A stretch of 57,765 nt of DNA from a virus (lineage: Duplodnaviria; Caudoviricetes): IMG/VR virus record IMGVR_UViG_3300020045_003609, positions 1 through 57,765 of that record; one strand, written 5' to 3'. Shown one piece after another: positions 1-7,810 of this stretch (its first letter is position 1; each line of letters starts with the position of its first letter). Position numbers and translations under genes: made by a program. The notes below the pieces were generated by a model. That model searched no databases, was not told the origin of the DNA, and was given only the letters and a program-made list of their open reading frames with translations.

Positions 1-111
1 TTTGTCGTGATAAACCTAATATACTTGCGACATTACTACGACCTTTTATATCATAGTCTTTATCGTCTAACGTAAATGATAAACATTGACGTTGATTATA
101 TAGTCTTGCTT
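1..111. repeat. Exact inverted copy of 1369-1479 (3' part of GIY-YIG gene)
   Basis: Positions 1-111 are the reverse complement of 1369-1479 (i+j=1480); the match breaks at 112/1368. Confidence 0.95.
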
Positions 112-136
112 GTGTAGTTAAGTGTAACTTTTTCAT
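1..136 (-). CDS. Partial leftward ORF (MKKLHLTTQARLYNQRQ...), possibly chimeric
   Basis: ATG at 136-134, open to the window edge; from codon 10 it is identical to the C-terminus of the 846-1538 protein. Confidence 0.35.
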   Translation of the reverse strand, partial: MKKLHLTTQARLYNQRQCLSFTLDDKDYDIKGRSNVASILGLSRQ

Positions 137-698
137 GATGTGTGTGTATTGCGTACTACGGTCGATTCAAGACATCGTTAGTACAGGTTATATATAGACG
201 CTCTATGCGTTATATTAGTATTGATAGTAGCGGATATACGGTCACGCTTTAATCTCGGCACTGCACGAGAACTACTATAGGAATAACTTCCCAAAACTCT
301 ATCAAAGTGGAATGACAATTCCAATTATAACAAAGCTATGGGGTATATCCCCAAAGTTCGAACAAAGTGGGGTGATGTTTCTTATTAGTCTACGTTCACG
401 ATAAAAATTTTATAAAAAATATTTTTTTACAATAAATTTATACAAAATCAACACATGTTATTATAATTGGTCATCATTGAACACAACTTTCCTATTAGAA
501 TAATGTAATTTCAACCACTTCTTAACTAATCCTAACATCTCTAACTTTTTATCACCCTTTCTTAGATAAAGTCATAGTTTTCACCAGCTAATTCCTAGCT
601 ACCACCATTATTAATGTTATGACATAACTAAGAAATAGCTAAAAATTTTTGTTTCACAAAAATAATTTAAAAAAAATGAAAAATAATTGGTAAAATAC

Positions 699-729
699 TT
701 GCATATGTCATAATAATTTTGTATCTTTG
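699..729 (+). promoter_or_regulatory. Bacteroidota-type promoter (-33 TTGCATAT / -7 TATCTTTG)
   Basis: Matches the TAnnTTTG -7 consensus; 23-nt offset between the two boxes, as in five other sites. Confidence 0.8.
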
Positions 730-845
730 TCTAAGTTTAGAAAACATAACCAAACATACAACGAGTTGGGCTAATAAACGTAAAGGCTTTCTGGGGAAAG
801 GAGTATTATCAAAGAGGAAGCCCCTCTTTAACTAAAGTTTAAATA

Positions 846-1538
846 ATGATAGGAATTTACAATATAATAAATACAGTTAATAATAAAAGATATATAGGAT
901 CTTCTAATAATCTTGAAAGAAGACATTATAGACATTTTTATGATTTAAGAAATGGTAGCCATGCAAATAAACATTTACAAAGTGCTGTAACTAAATATGG
1001 TTTAGATAACTTTATATTTAAAACTATTGAATTATGTGAAATAGAAAATCTTCTTATAATTGAACAAGAACATATAGATAGTTATGACAAGTCTGAATTA
1101 TATAACCTAACTTTTATAACTACAGGTGGTGGATCATATGTTCAAAGACTTCCAACATATTTATTAGATTTAGATGGTAATATAGTTAAAGAATTTGAAT
1201 CAATAGTAACATTAGCCAACTCACTTAACTGTTCAATAAGTAGTCATAAATCTGTAAATAATGGATCAACATTTAAAAGAAAATACAGAGTTGTAACTAA
1301 AAAATTTTACGAACACAATTTAGATGAAATATTATCATGGAAAAATTACACTAGTGAAACTAAAGAAAAAGCAAGACTATATAATCAACGTCAATGTTTA
1401 TCATTTACGTTAGACGATAAAGACTATGATATAAAAGGTCGTAGTAATGTCGCAAGTATATTAGGTTTATCACGACAAAGAGTTGATCAATTATTACAAA
1501 TTGCAGATAATAAATATAATTTAAGATTTAAATTTTAA
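846..1538 (+). CDS. GIY-YIG homing endonuclease with C-terminal NUMOD1/HTH-like DNA-binding segments
   Basis: N-terminal GIY..YIGSS..L.RR..H, HANKHLQ, conserved Glu (IEQ), YNL motif. Confidence 0.9.
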   Translation: MIGIYNIINTVNNKRYIGSSNNLERRHYRHFYDLRNGSHANKHLQSAVTKYGLDNFIFKTIELCEIENLLIIEQEHIDSYDKSELYNLTFITTGGGSYVQRLPTYLLDLDGNIVKEFESIVTLANSLNCSISSHKSVNNGSTFKRKYRVVTKKFYEHNLDEILSWKNYTSETKEKARLYNQRQCLSFTLDDKDYDIKGRSNVASILGLSRQRVDQLLQIADNKYNLRFKF

Positions 1539-1571
1539 AGAGGGAAACCCTTAGTTAATTAATACTATAAT

Positions 1572-1802
1572 ATGGAAGAAGATATAGAAGATAGACTTTG
1601 GCGCTATCAAAAAGAAGATCAACAATTAGAATCCGAGTATCTTAAACAAAAAATGAGATTAGAATTTAATCGATCTTTAGGGCCAATGATTAATCAATTA
1701 CATATGAATGGTCAAATTGAATCAGCTGATTACATGAAATGGATACTTGACCAAACTGGTACATTTATTCCTAAAGTTAACAATAACTTACCTATTAAAT
1801 AA
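1572..1802 (+). CDS. hypothetical protein
   Basis: 76-aa ORF, AT-rich leader, in operon context. Confidence 0.7.
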   Translation: MEEDIEDRLWRYQKEDQQLESEYLKQKMRLEFNRSLGPMINQLHMNGQIESADYMKWILDQTGTFIPKVNNNLPIK

Positions 1803-1803
1803 T

Positions 1804-2010
1804 ATGGAAAATAAAGATTTCGAATGGATTAATCCAGATCACTTAGGGTTTAATAAATGGCTTGGTGGCATACTATGGTATAAAGATTACGTAGTATTAT
1901 TAGATGGTAAGCGTCTATCTAAACAAGGATATATAACTGATAAAGGTTTTAACACTAAAGGTTTTAATCAACTTTTAAAATCAATTTACAATAAAGAAGA
2001 AATAATTTAA
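1804..2010 (+). CDS. hypothetical protein (start revised to MENKDF)
   Basis: In-frame ATG at 1804 directly follows the upstream stop at 1802. Confidence 0.65.
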   Translation: MENKDFEWINPDHLGFNKWLGGILWYKDYVVLLDGKRLSKQGYITDKGFNTKGFNQLLKSIYNKEEII

Positions 2011-2028
2011 AAATAACTTCTAAAAAAT

Positions 2029-2059
2029 TAGGATATATCAAATATATTTCGTACCTTTG
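2029..2059 (+). promoter_or_regulatory. Promoter (TAGGATAT / TACCTTTG)
   Basis: Intergenic; -7 box TAnnTTTG; 23-nt offset. Confidence 0.82.
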
Positions 2060-2079
2060 TACTATAAATAAATAAAGAT

Positions 2080-2343
2080 ATGCATTCTATATATAACGAC
2101 ATAAGACAAGATTTAATAGCTAACCAACAAGATCTAATTAATCTACAATACTATTATACTCATAAATATAGGAGTCAAGATAGATTTACAGATATTCATG
2201 TTGGAATATTTCAAGATAACATTCACTATTCAACAGTTCAAATTTATGTTGCAACTAAAGAAGGTAGAATTAGAGAGAAGTTTAAAATAAATAAAAATGA
2301 TAGAGTTTTATATAGCTCTGATTTAAAAATAATAATTAAATAA
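2080..2343 (+). CDS. hypothetical protein
   Basis: 87-aa ORF directly downstream of a promoter. Confidence 0.7.
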   Translation: MHSIYNDIRQDLIANQQDLINLQYYYTHKYRSQDRFTDIHVGIFQDNIHYSTVQIYVATKEGRIREKFKINKNDRVLYSSDLKIIIK

Positions 2344-2349
2344 ATTACC

Positions 2350-2622
2350 ATGACTGATACTATTATCAATACAAAGTTTACACAAACTTTTTCAACTGCA
2401 AACGGTGTAGTTAGCGAAGATGCTTTACAATTTGCAAAACAAACATTACTTTTTAATGCTGTTAGAAACTTAACTCATTTAGTTAAGCATCGATCAGACT
2501 ATCCTAATAATACAACTACAGATGTTGATTTTAAGTTTGATGCTGTATTAGTAGATACTAAAAGATATAATAAATTATTAGAGTTAGAACAATCATTAAC
2601 ACAATCGGAAACAATTATTTAA
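2350..2622 (+). CDS. hypothetical protein
   Basis: 90-aa ORF, tightly packed. Confidence 0.75.
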   Translation: MTDTIINTKFTQTFSTANGVVSEDALQFAKQTLLFNAVRNLTHLVKHRSDYPNNTTTDVDFKFDAVLVDTKRYNKLLELEQSLTQSETII

Positions 2623-2876
2623 TGAGTACATATAAAAATGGAGCAAGACAAGTTAAACTTGCTGCAAGAACTAAAACTAAACTACATCTTAAAGGGTTCT
2701 ACGGAATCCTTAAAGATATGGATGATATCGCTAATCGATTAGATATTGATGAAGCTGTAGAATATACTGATGATAATATTAATGAACATGTTAAACCTAT
2801 TTATGGTAGAGACTTAGATTCTTTAGAGAAAATATTAGTATTAGGTAAACTAAATAATAAAGTTAAAGATGAGTAA
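2622..2876 (+). CDS. hypothetical protein
   Basis: TAATG stop/start overlap with the upstream gene. Confidence 0.75.
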   Translation: MSTYKNGARQVKLAARTKTKLHLKGFYGILKDMDDIANRLDIDEAVEYTDDNINEHVKPIYGRDLDSLEKILVLGKLNNKVKDE

Positions 2877-3339
2877 AGATATAACACCTCAGAATGTATT
2901 TAATTTTCTTGAAGGTAATATAACTAAAATAATGAGTAATATAGGTTTGTCTGCTAAATGTATAGATGAACAAGTACAATACAGATTACATATATGTAAA
3001 GATGATTGTGTTAAAGCTGGAGCTTGTAAGAAATGTGGATGTAAACTTCCTGGAAGAGCTTACACATCCCAAACCTGTAATATAGATAGGTTTCCAGATT
3101 TTATGAATAATGACGAATGGATAAATTTTAAAATAACAAATAAGTTGAACAATACATATACCGCTGAACATAAAAAATTAACAACACTTCTTAAAGAATT
3201 AGAAGAGTTTATTAATATGATGACTAAGTTTGCAACTACTTCTTCAATACAATATAAGTATGACGTTGTTATCAAACCTAAAGACGAAGGTTGGCAGTCT
3301 ACAACAACAATTACCAATGAAGACACTGATATTAAATAA
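2869..3339 (+). CDS. Cys-rich putative Zn-binding protein
   Basis: CKDDC-x5-CKKCGC-x11-C cluster. Confidence 0.7.
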   Translation: MSKDITPQNVFNFLEGNITKIMSNIGLSAKCIDEQVQYRLHICKDDCVKAGACKKCGCKLPGRAYTSQTCNIDRFPDFMNNDEWINFKITNKLNNTYTAEHKKLTTLLKELEEFINMMTKFATTSSIQYKYDVVIKPKDEGWQSTTTITNEDTDIK

Positions 3340-3631
3340 ATTGAAAGATCAACTGGAACACATGGAGTATTATAATTTAATGGCTCCATTTCCAGTTTAC
3401 GATACAGAATATGTAACACTTATTCTTAAAAAAATAAAAATTATGGAAAATGATAAATCATCAGATTATGACAAAGAACCAGTTGTAGCATGTAAGCATT
3501 GTAAAAGTTTACATATATTAAATGACGAAATTAATAACGATATATGTATGAAATGTGGTAGCGTTAACGATACTATAGAATATACAAATATATACGAATA
3601 TAATAGTTATATATCTAAAAAAAATGAGTAA
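3317..3631 (+). CDS. Zn-ribbon protein (start 3317 or 3443)
   Basis: CKHC...CMKC; similar small Zn-finger genes precede the packaging block in crAss-like phages. Confidence 0.7.
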   Translation: MKTLILNKLKDQLEHMEYYNLMAPFPVYDTEYVTLILKKIKIMENDKSSDYDKEPVVACKHCKSLHILNDEINNDICMKCGSVNDTIEYTNIYEYNSYISKKNE

Positions 3632-4022
3632 TGAAAAAGTAGCAACACTAAATATTAAAATCAAAGATTTATTTACTAGGTGGTTAGATATAACCAGAGC
3701 ATTTCATAAGCTAACTAATCAACAACAACAGGTTTTATCATTATTTTTATACTATCACTATCAATTTAAAAAAGATACTACTAATCCTAAAATATTATGG
3801 AAAATGGTATTTGATTATGATACTAAACTTAAGATTAGAGAAGATGTTATTTTTAAAGATAAAGAAATGAGTAACAACGTTCTTCATAATATTATAACTG
3901 GTTTACGTAAAAAAGGTATTATAGTTGATGGTCAAATATCACCAATGTTTATTCCAGATATTACACCAAATAGTAAATCGTTTAAAGTTATATTTAATTT
4001 TAATATAGTAGATAATGGATAA
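3624..4022 (+). CDS. putative winged-helix DNA-binding protein (RepL-like position in crAss-like phages)
   Basis: Helical core followed by NIITGLRKKGII, a wHTH-like pattern; synteny. Confidence 0.45.
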   Translation: MSNEKVATLNIKIKDLFTRWLDITRAFHKLTNQQQQVLSLFLYYHYQFKKDTTNPKILWKMVFDYDTKLKIREDVIFKDKEMSNNVLHNIITGLRKKGIIVDGQISPMFIPDITPNSKSFKVIFNFNIVDNG

Positions 4023-4317
4023 CATTGATGATACTGCTGTAAAAATGTTAACACATAGAGTTGGTTTAAAATATAACTTACAAGATAGTATTATAAATAA
4101 AATTGTAAACTCACCATATAAGTTTACTAAAGATACTATTGTAAATATGGATACAAGCTTAGTGGAGTCAGAAGAAGATTTTAATAACTTAAAAACAAAC
4201 TTTATATATAAATATATAGGTAAGGTTTATTGCACATACAACGTTCTATGTAATCATAGGAAACGTAGTGAGAGATTCACAGAATATCATAAATTAAATA
4301 AAATTAAAAATGAGTAA
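4015..4317 (+). CDS. hypothetical, possibly HU/IHF-like DNA-binding protein
   Basis: Two N-terminal helices then F.YKYIGK.Y, resembling the HU 'GFG.F' strand; weak. Confidence 0.4.
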   Translation: MDNIDDTAVKMLTHRVGLKYNLQDSIINKIVNSPYKFTKDTIVNMDTSLVESEEDFNNLKTNFIYKYIGKVYCTYNVLCNHRKRSERFTEYHKLNKIKNE

Positions 4318-4666
4318 GAATATTACACAAGATCAAGCATTAGAATTTGCAAAAACATTTCCATTAGTACCATTATTTGGTAAAATTGTTATTACCCTAA
4401 ATAACTTAGGTGTAGACGGTGGATTAGTATTATCAGAAAATGTATTGTCAGATAGACAATATGTTATTGGAATTGGAGCAAATGTTCTATCAGTTAATGA
4501 AGGTGATGAAGTATTAATTGATATTGAGAAATTAATGGTACCAGTTAAAACTGAAACAGTAGACGCATACCAAACACAAATGCAAGTTAAAATTGATCCT
4601 ATCGAATTTGAAGGGTATACATTTGCATTAATTGAAGATAGATTTTTAAAAGCTAAATATAAATAA
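4310..4666 (+). CDS. GroES/Cpn10-like co-chaperonin
   Basis: LVPLFGKIVI...GGLVL (mobile loop)...VIGIG...VNEGDEVL...IEFEGYTFALIEDR follows the GroES pattern, with an insertion. Confidence 0.72.
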   Translation: MSKNITQDQALEFAKTFPLVPLFGKIVITLNNLGVDGGLVLSENVLSDRQYVIGIGANVLSVNEGDEVLIDIEKLMVPVKTETVDAYQTQMQVKIDPIEFEGYTFALIEDRFLKAKYK

Positions 4667-4667
4667 A

Positions 4668-4850
4668 ATGGGAGAAATTACAATTGCACAAGTTATAAGT
4701 GTATTAGAACAAGCTGTTAATGTAGGTGCATCAAAAGGTTCATATGCTATCAAAGATGCCGCACTTATTAATCATGCGTTAGAAATATTAAAAGAATATG
4801 TTAAATCTAAAGGTGATGAAGTAATCATTCCTGAAATTATAAAAGAATAA
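4668..4850 (+). CDS. hypothetical protein
   Basis: 60-aa ORF between tightly packed genes. Confidence 0.7.
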   Translation: MGEITIAQVISVLEQAVNVGASKGSYAIKDAALINHALEILKEYVKSKGDEVIIPEIIKE

Positions 4851-4851
4851 T

Positions 4852-5277
4852 ATGAAAGATACAAATAAATTAGTATTTGGCGTTACAGTTACATTCACTG
4901 TAATATCAGCAATTGCAATATATTTTAATGGGTCAACTATAGTAAGTATACTTAGTTCGTTAGTAGCTGTTGCGTCTTCACTAGCTTATAAATATAAGTG
5001 TGAAAGAGATAATGCAATTGAATTTTCAGATGTTTTACTTACTAAAAAAGATTCTCAAATTGAACGTCTTGAAAAATGTTTAAGTACGGAATATCCAAGT
5101 CAAGAACTTATTATAGATGATTTAAAAAGTCAAGTTAAAAGACATTTAACTACTGTTAGGGAATATGAAATATTATTGCAAAAACTATCGGATGATGAAC
5201 AAATAGCTAAAGATAGATTGACAATTGTTAAAAAACCTAGACAATCTAAAACTAGAGTTAAAACTGAATTAGCATAA
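4852..5277 (+). CDS. membrane protein with two N-terminal TM helices and a coiled-coil C-terminus
   Basis: Hydrophobic LVFGVTVTFTVISAIAIYF and IVSILSSLVAVASSLAY. Confidence 0.7.
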   Translation: MKDTNKLVFGVTVTFTVISAIAIYFNGSTIVSILSSLVAVASSLAYKYKCERDNAIEFSDVLLTKKDSQIERLEKCLSTEYPSQELIIDDLKSQVKRHLTTVREYEILLQKLSDDEQIAKDRLTIVKKPRQSKTRVKTELA

Positions 5278-5792
5278 TGAGTATTGGAATTTATAAAATA
5301 ACTTGCCCGACTGGAAAGATCTATGTCGGGCAAAGTTGTAATATAGAAGAACGATTTAACTCATATAAAAAATTACGTTGTAAAACTCAACCTAAATTAT
5401 TTGAGTCATTATGCATGTATGGTTATATGAATCATATTTTCTCAGTATTAGAATTATGCTCAAAAATTGATTTAAATTACAAAGAACGATATTATCAAGA
5501 ACTATTTGATTCTAACGGTGTAAATGGATTAAACGGTATATTATGTAAAGGTTCAAAAAACCAAAGACAAGTACTGTCTATTGAGCACAAATCTAAAATA
5601 TCAAAATCTTTATTGGGACGACCTGCTATTAATAGAAAACGTGTTCAATGCACAAAAACATTTGTTGTATTTGAAAGTATAAAAGATTGTTCTTTAAAAA
5701 TGGGAATAAATTATAATACATTAAAACATAAATTAAATGGAAGTAATAAAATTCCATCAATATATAAATATTATTTAGATGAAATTATTTGA
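5277..5792 (+). CDS. GIY-YIG homing endonuclease (NUMOD3/NUMOD1-like C-terminus)
   Basis: GIYKITC..GKIYVGQS.NIEERF; ERYYQ; HKSKISKSLLG; FESIKDCS. Confidence 0.9.
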   Translation: MSIGIYKITCPTGKIYVGQSCNIEERFNSYKKLRCKTQPKLFESLCMYGYMNHIFSVLELCSKIDLNYKERYYQELFDSNGVNGLNGILCKGSKNQRQVLSIEHKSKISKSLLGRPAINRKRVQCTKTFVVFESIKDCSLKMGINYNTLKHKLNGSNKIPSIYKYYLDEII

Positions 5793-6345
5793 AATGAAAG
5801 ACTTTAATTTAATTGTAAATGAATTAGCGTGGGGGCTTTTGCCTTTTAAGGCGATTCTTAAACGAGATAAAAGTCGTACGAAAGAAACTGCATTTAAAGA
5901 GATGTTGTTTATATATTACTATGCGGATGTTAGATCAGATTATGTATCACTCACTGACAGCAAGGAAAGAACTAAAGAACTTATAAAAGTTATAGGTTTA
6001 GATCCTACTTGGAAAATAGATGATGTAATGCAAACAGCAATTGATTTTTATAATGATAAAACTGAAACTGTAATATCTAAATTATATAAATCATCTTTAA
6101 TATCAGTAAATGAAACATCTCAGTATTTGAGATCAACTGGAGAGCTATTAGCTGAGAGATCTGCTAATGGTGGTACAGTTACTACATTACCAATGATTGT
6201 AGCTGCTAATAAAGGTTTGCCTGAAATTATGCGCAATTTAAAAGCTGCATATAAAGAGGTAGTTAGTGAACAAAAAGAAATGGAAGGTAGAACTAAAGGT
6301 TCTAAAACAATGGGACTCTTTGAAGATGGTCTTAAATTTGATTAA
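5779..6345 (+). CDS. conserved crAss-like protein upstream of TerL (candidate terminase small subunit)
   Basis: FKAILKRDKS..KE.AFKEM.FIYY..D.RSDY pattern and position; function inferred only. Confidence 0.5.
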   Translation: MKLFEMKDFNLIVNELAWGLLPFKAILKRDKSRTKETAFKEMLFIYYYADVRSDYVSLTDSKERTKELIKVIGLDPTWKIDDVMQTAIDFYNDKTETVISKLYKSSLISVNETSQYLRSTGELLAERSANGGTVTTLPMIVAANKGLPEIMRNLKAAYKEVVSEQKEMEGRTKGSKTMGLFEDGLKFD

Positions 6346-6346
6346 T

Positions 6347-7810
6347 ATGAAAGAAATATATTTTAAAGATGAAGCCAGAGAAAAACTTATAACTGGTATA
6401 AATAAACTTAGAGACGCTGTAGCATCAACTATGGGTCCTAAAGGACGTACAGTTATAATTACAGATGATTATGGTAAATCTACAGTAACTAAAGATGGTG
6501 TTTCAGTAGCTAGAGCTATTTACCTAAAAGATCCTATTGAAAATATAGGTGCTCAAATGGTGAAAGAAGTAGCTGAATTAACTGTTGATAAAGCTGGAGA
6601 CGGAACTACAACTGCAACTGTACTTGCTGCAGCTTTTATAAATAACTTAAAAGAATTTGAATCACATGACGTTAATAAAGCGTTTGATGAAATTATACCT
6701 AAAGTACTAAAACATTTAAAAGATAACTCAAGAGAGTTAAAGAGAGATGAAATTAAATATGTTGCAAGCATATCTGCTAATAATGATATGGCGATTGGGA
6801 ATGTTATTCAGATGGCTTTTAATCATGCTGACGTAGTTAAAGTTGAAGAGGGGACAGGTTCTGAAGATACATTAGATTTAGTTAATGGAATGACTTTACC
6901 AGTATCATACTTTTCTAAACACTTTATTAACACTCCTGAAAGAGCTGAATGTAATTTCACTAACCCACATGTTATTATTATAAGTGGTAAGCTTACTACA
7001 CTCAAACCATTTGAATCAATACTTCAAGAGATTGCTGAAACTAATGGTAATGTAGTTATAATTACAGAACATGTTAATGAATCCACATTACGTATATTAG
7101 AAACTAATGCTGCAAGTAGAAAACTTAATATATGTGTAGTAAAATCACCTGGTTATAGCCAACATAGAGAAGACTTGTTAAAAGATATTTCAGACCTTAC
7201 AGGAGCTACTATAATCAACGATCTTACTAAATCGTATACATTACATTACTTAGGTAAATTGGAATCAATTAAGGTATCTAAAAATAACAGCGTATTAGTT
7301 AAACATTCAGATATAGATATTACACCTTATGTTAATATACTTGGTGATCAATTTATAATGGAGAGTTTAACTCAACATGAAAAAGAATCTATTAAACTTA
7401 GAATGGAAAACTTATCAAGTAAAATAAGTATTATTAAAGTTGGAGCGGTTTCTGAATTAGAAATGAAAGAACGCAAAGATAGATATGATGATGCTGTATT
7501 AGCTGTAGGTTGTGCATTAGAAGAAGGAATTGTTGAAGGTGGTGGTGTTGCATTGTTTAACGCTTGGAATAAGTTATATGATACTGTTTCTAATGATGCA
7601 TTAAATAAAATGTTATATCAAGGAATTTTAGCACCTTATAAACAAATATTTCAAGAAGATACTTTAGGTTTTGGTCAAACAAATATGTTTGATAAAAATA
7701 TTATAGACCCATTTAAAGTTACCAGATGTGCATTAGAAAATGCAGTATCTGTAGCCAAAACAATATTATCAACTAACACAATTATATTACACGAACGACT
7801 ATGGACTTAA
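6347..7810 (+). CDS. groEL: phage-encoded group I chaperonin GroEL (start revised to MKEIYF, 487 aa)
   Basis: TMGPKGRTV, VTKDGVSVA, AGDGTTTATVLA, ISANND, KSPGY, EEGIVEGGG, IIDPFKVTRCALENAVSVA. Confidence 0.97.
   Translation: MKEIYFKDEAREKLITGINKLRDAVASTMGPKGRTVIITDDYGKSTVTKDGVSVARAIYLKDPIENIGAQMVKEVAELTVDKAGDGTTTATVLAAAFINNLKEFESHDVNKAFDEIIPKVLKHLKDNSRELKRDEIKYVASISANNDMAIGNVIQMAFNHADVVKVEEGTGSEDTLDLVNGMTLPVSYFSKHFINTPERAECNFTNPHVIIISGKLTTLKPFESILQEIAETNGNVVIITEHVNESTLRILETNAASRKLNICVVKSPGYSQHREDLLKDISDLTGATIINDLTKSYTLHYLGKLESIKVSKNNSVLVKHSDIDITPYVNILGDQFIMESLTQHEKESIKLRMENLSSKISIIKVGAVSELEMKERKDRYDDAVLAVGCALEEGIVEGGGVALFNAWNKLYDTVSNDALNKMLYQGILAPYKQIFQEDTLGFGQTNMFDKNIIDPFKVTRCALENAVSVAKTILSTNTIILHERLWT

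Noticed and set aside
331-365. Minus-strand TAGCTTTG (338-331) as a leftward host-type promoter
   Set aside because: No TWGGATAT/TTG box at the 22-23-nt offset seen in the other seven sites; unsupported on its own.
1-1479. Inverted repeat as transposon or genome terminal inverted repeat
   Set aside because: One arm is internal coding sequence of the endonuclease, and there is no transposase or target duplication. A chimera is the simpler explanation; kept only as a low-ranked finding.
5277-5792. Group I intron hosting the GIY-YIG ORFs (also 31518-32123)
   Set aside because: Flanking genes end and start normally and overlap the endonuclease ORFs, leaving no room for an intron core.
6266-6346. 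Longer N-termini given by the ORF track (GroEL 6266; also 1747, 3230, 18659, 32074)
   Set aside because: They overlap upstream genes extensively. Downstream in-frame ATGs next to the upstream stops fit better, and for GroEL match the family N-terminus.
6347-7810. GroEL as host contamination or a prophage boundary
   Set aside because: It is divergent, shortened, shares the phage codon style and overlaps the terL start.
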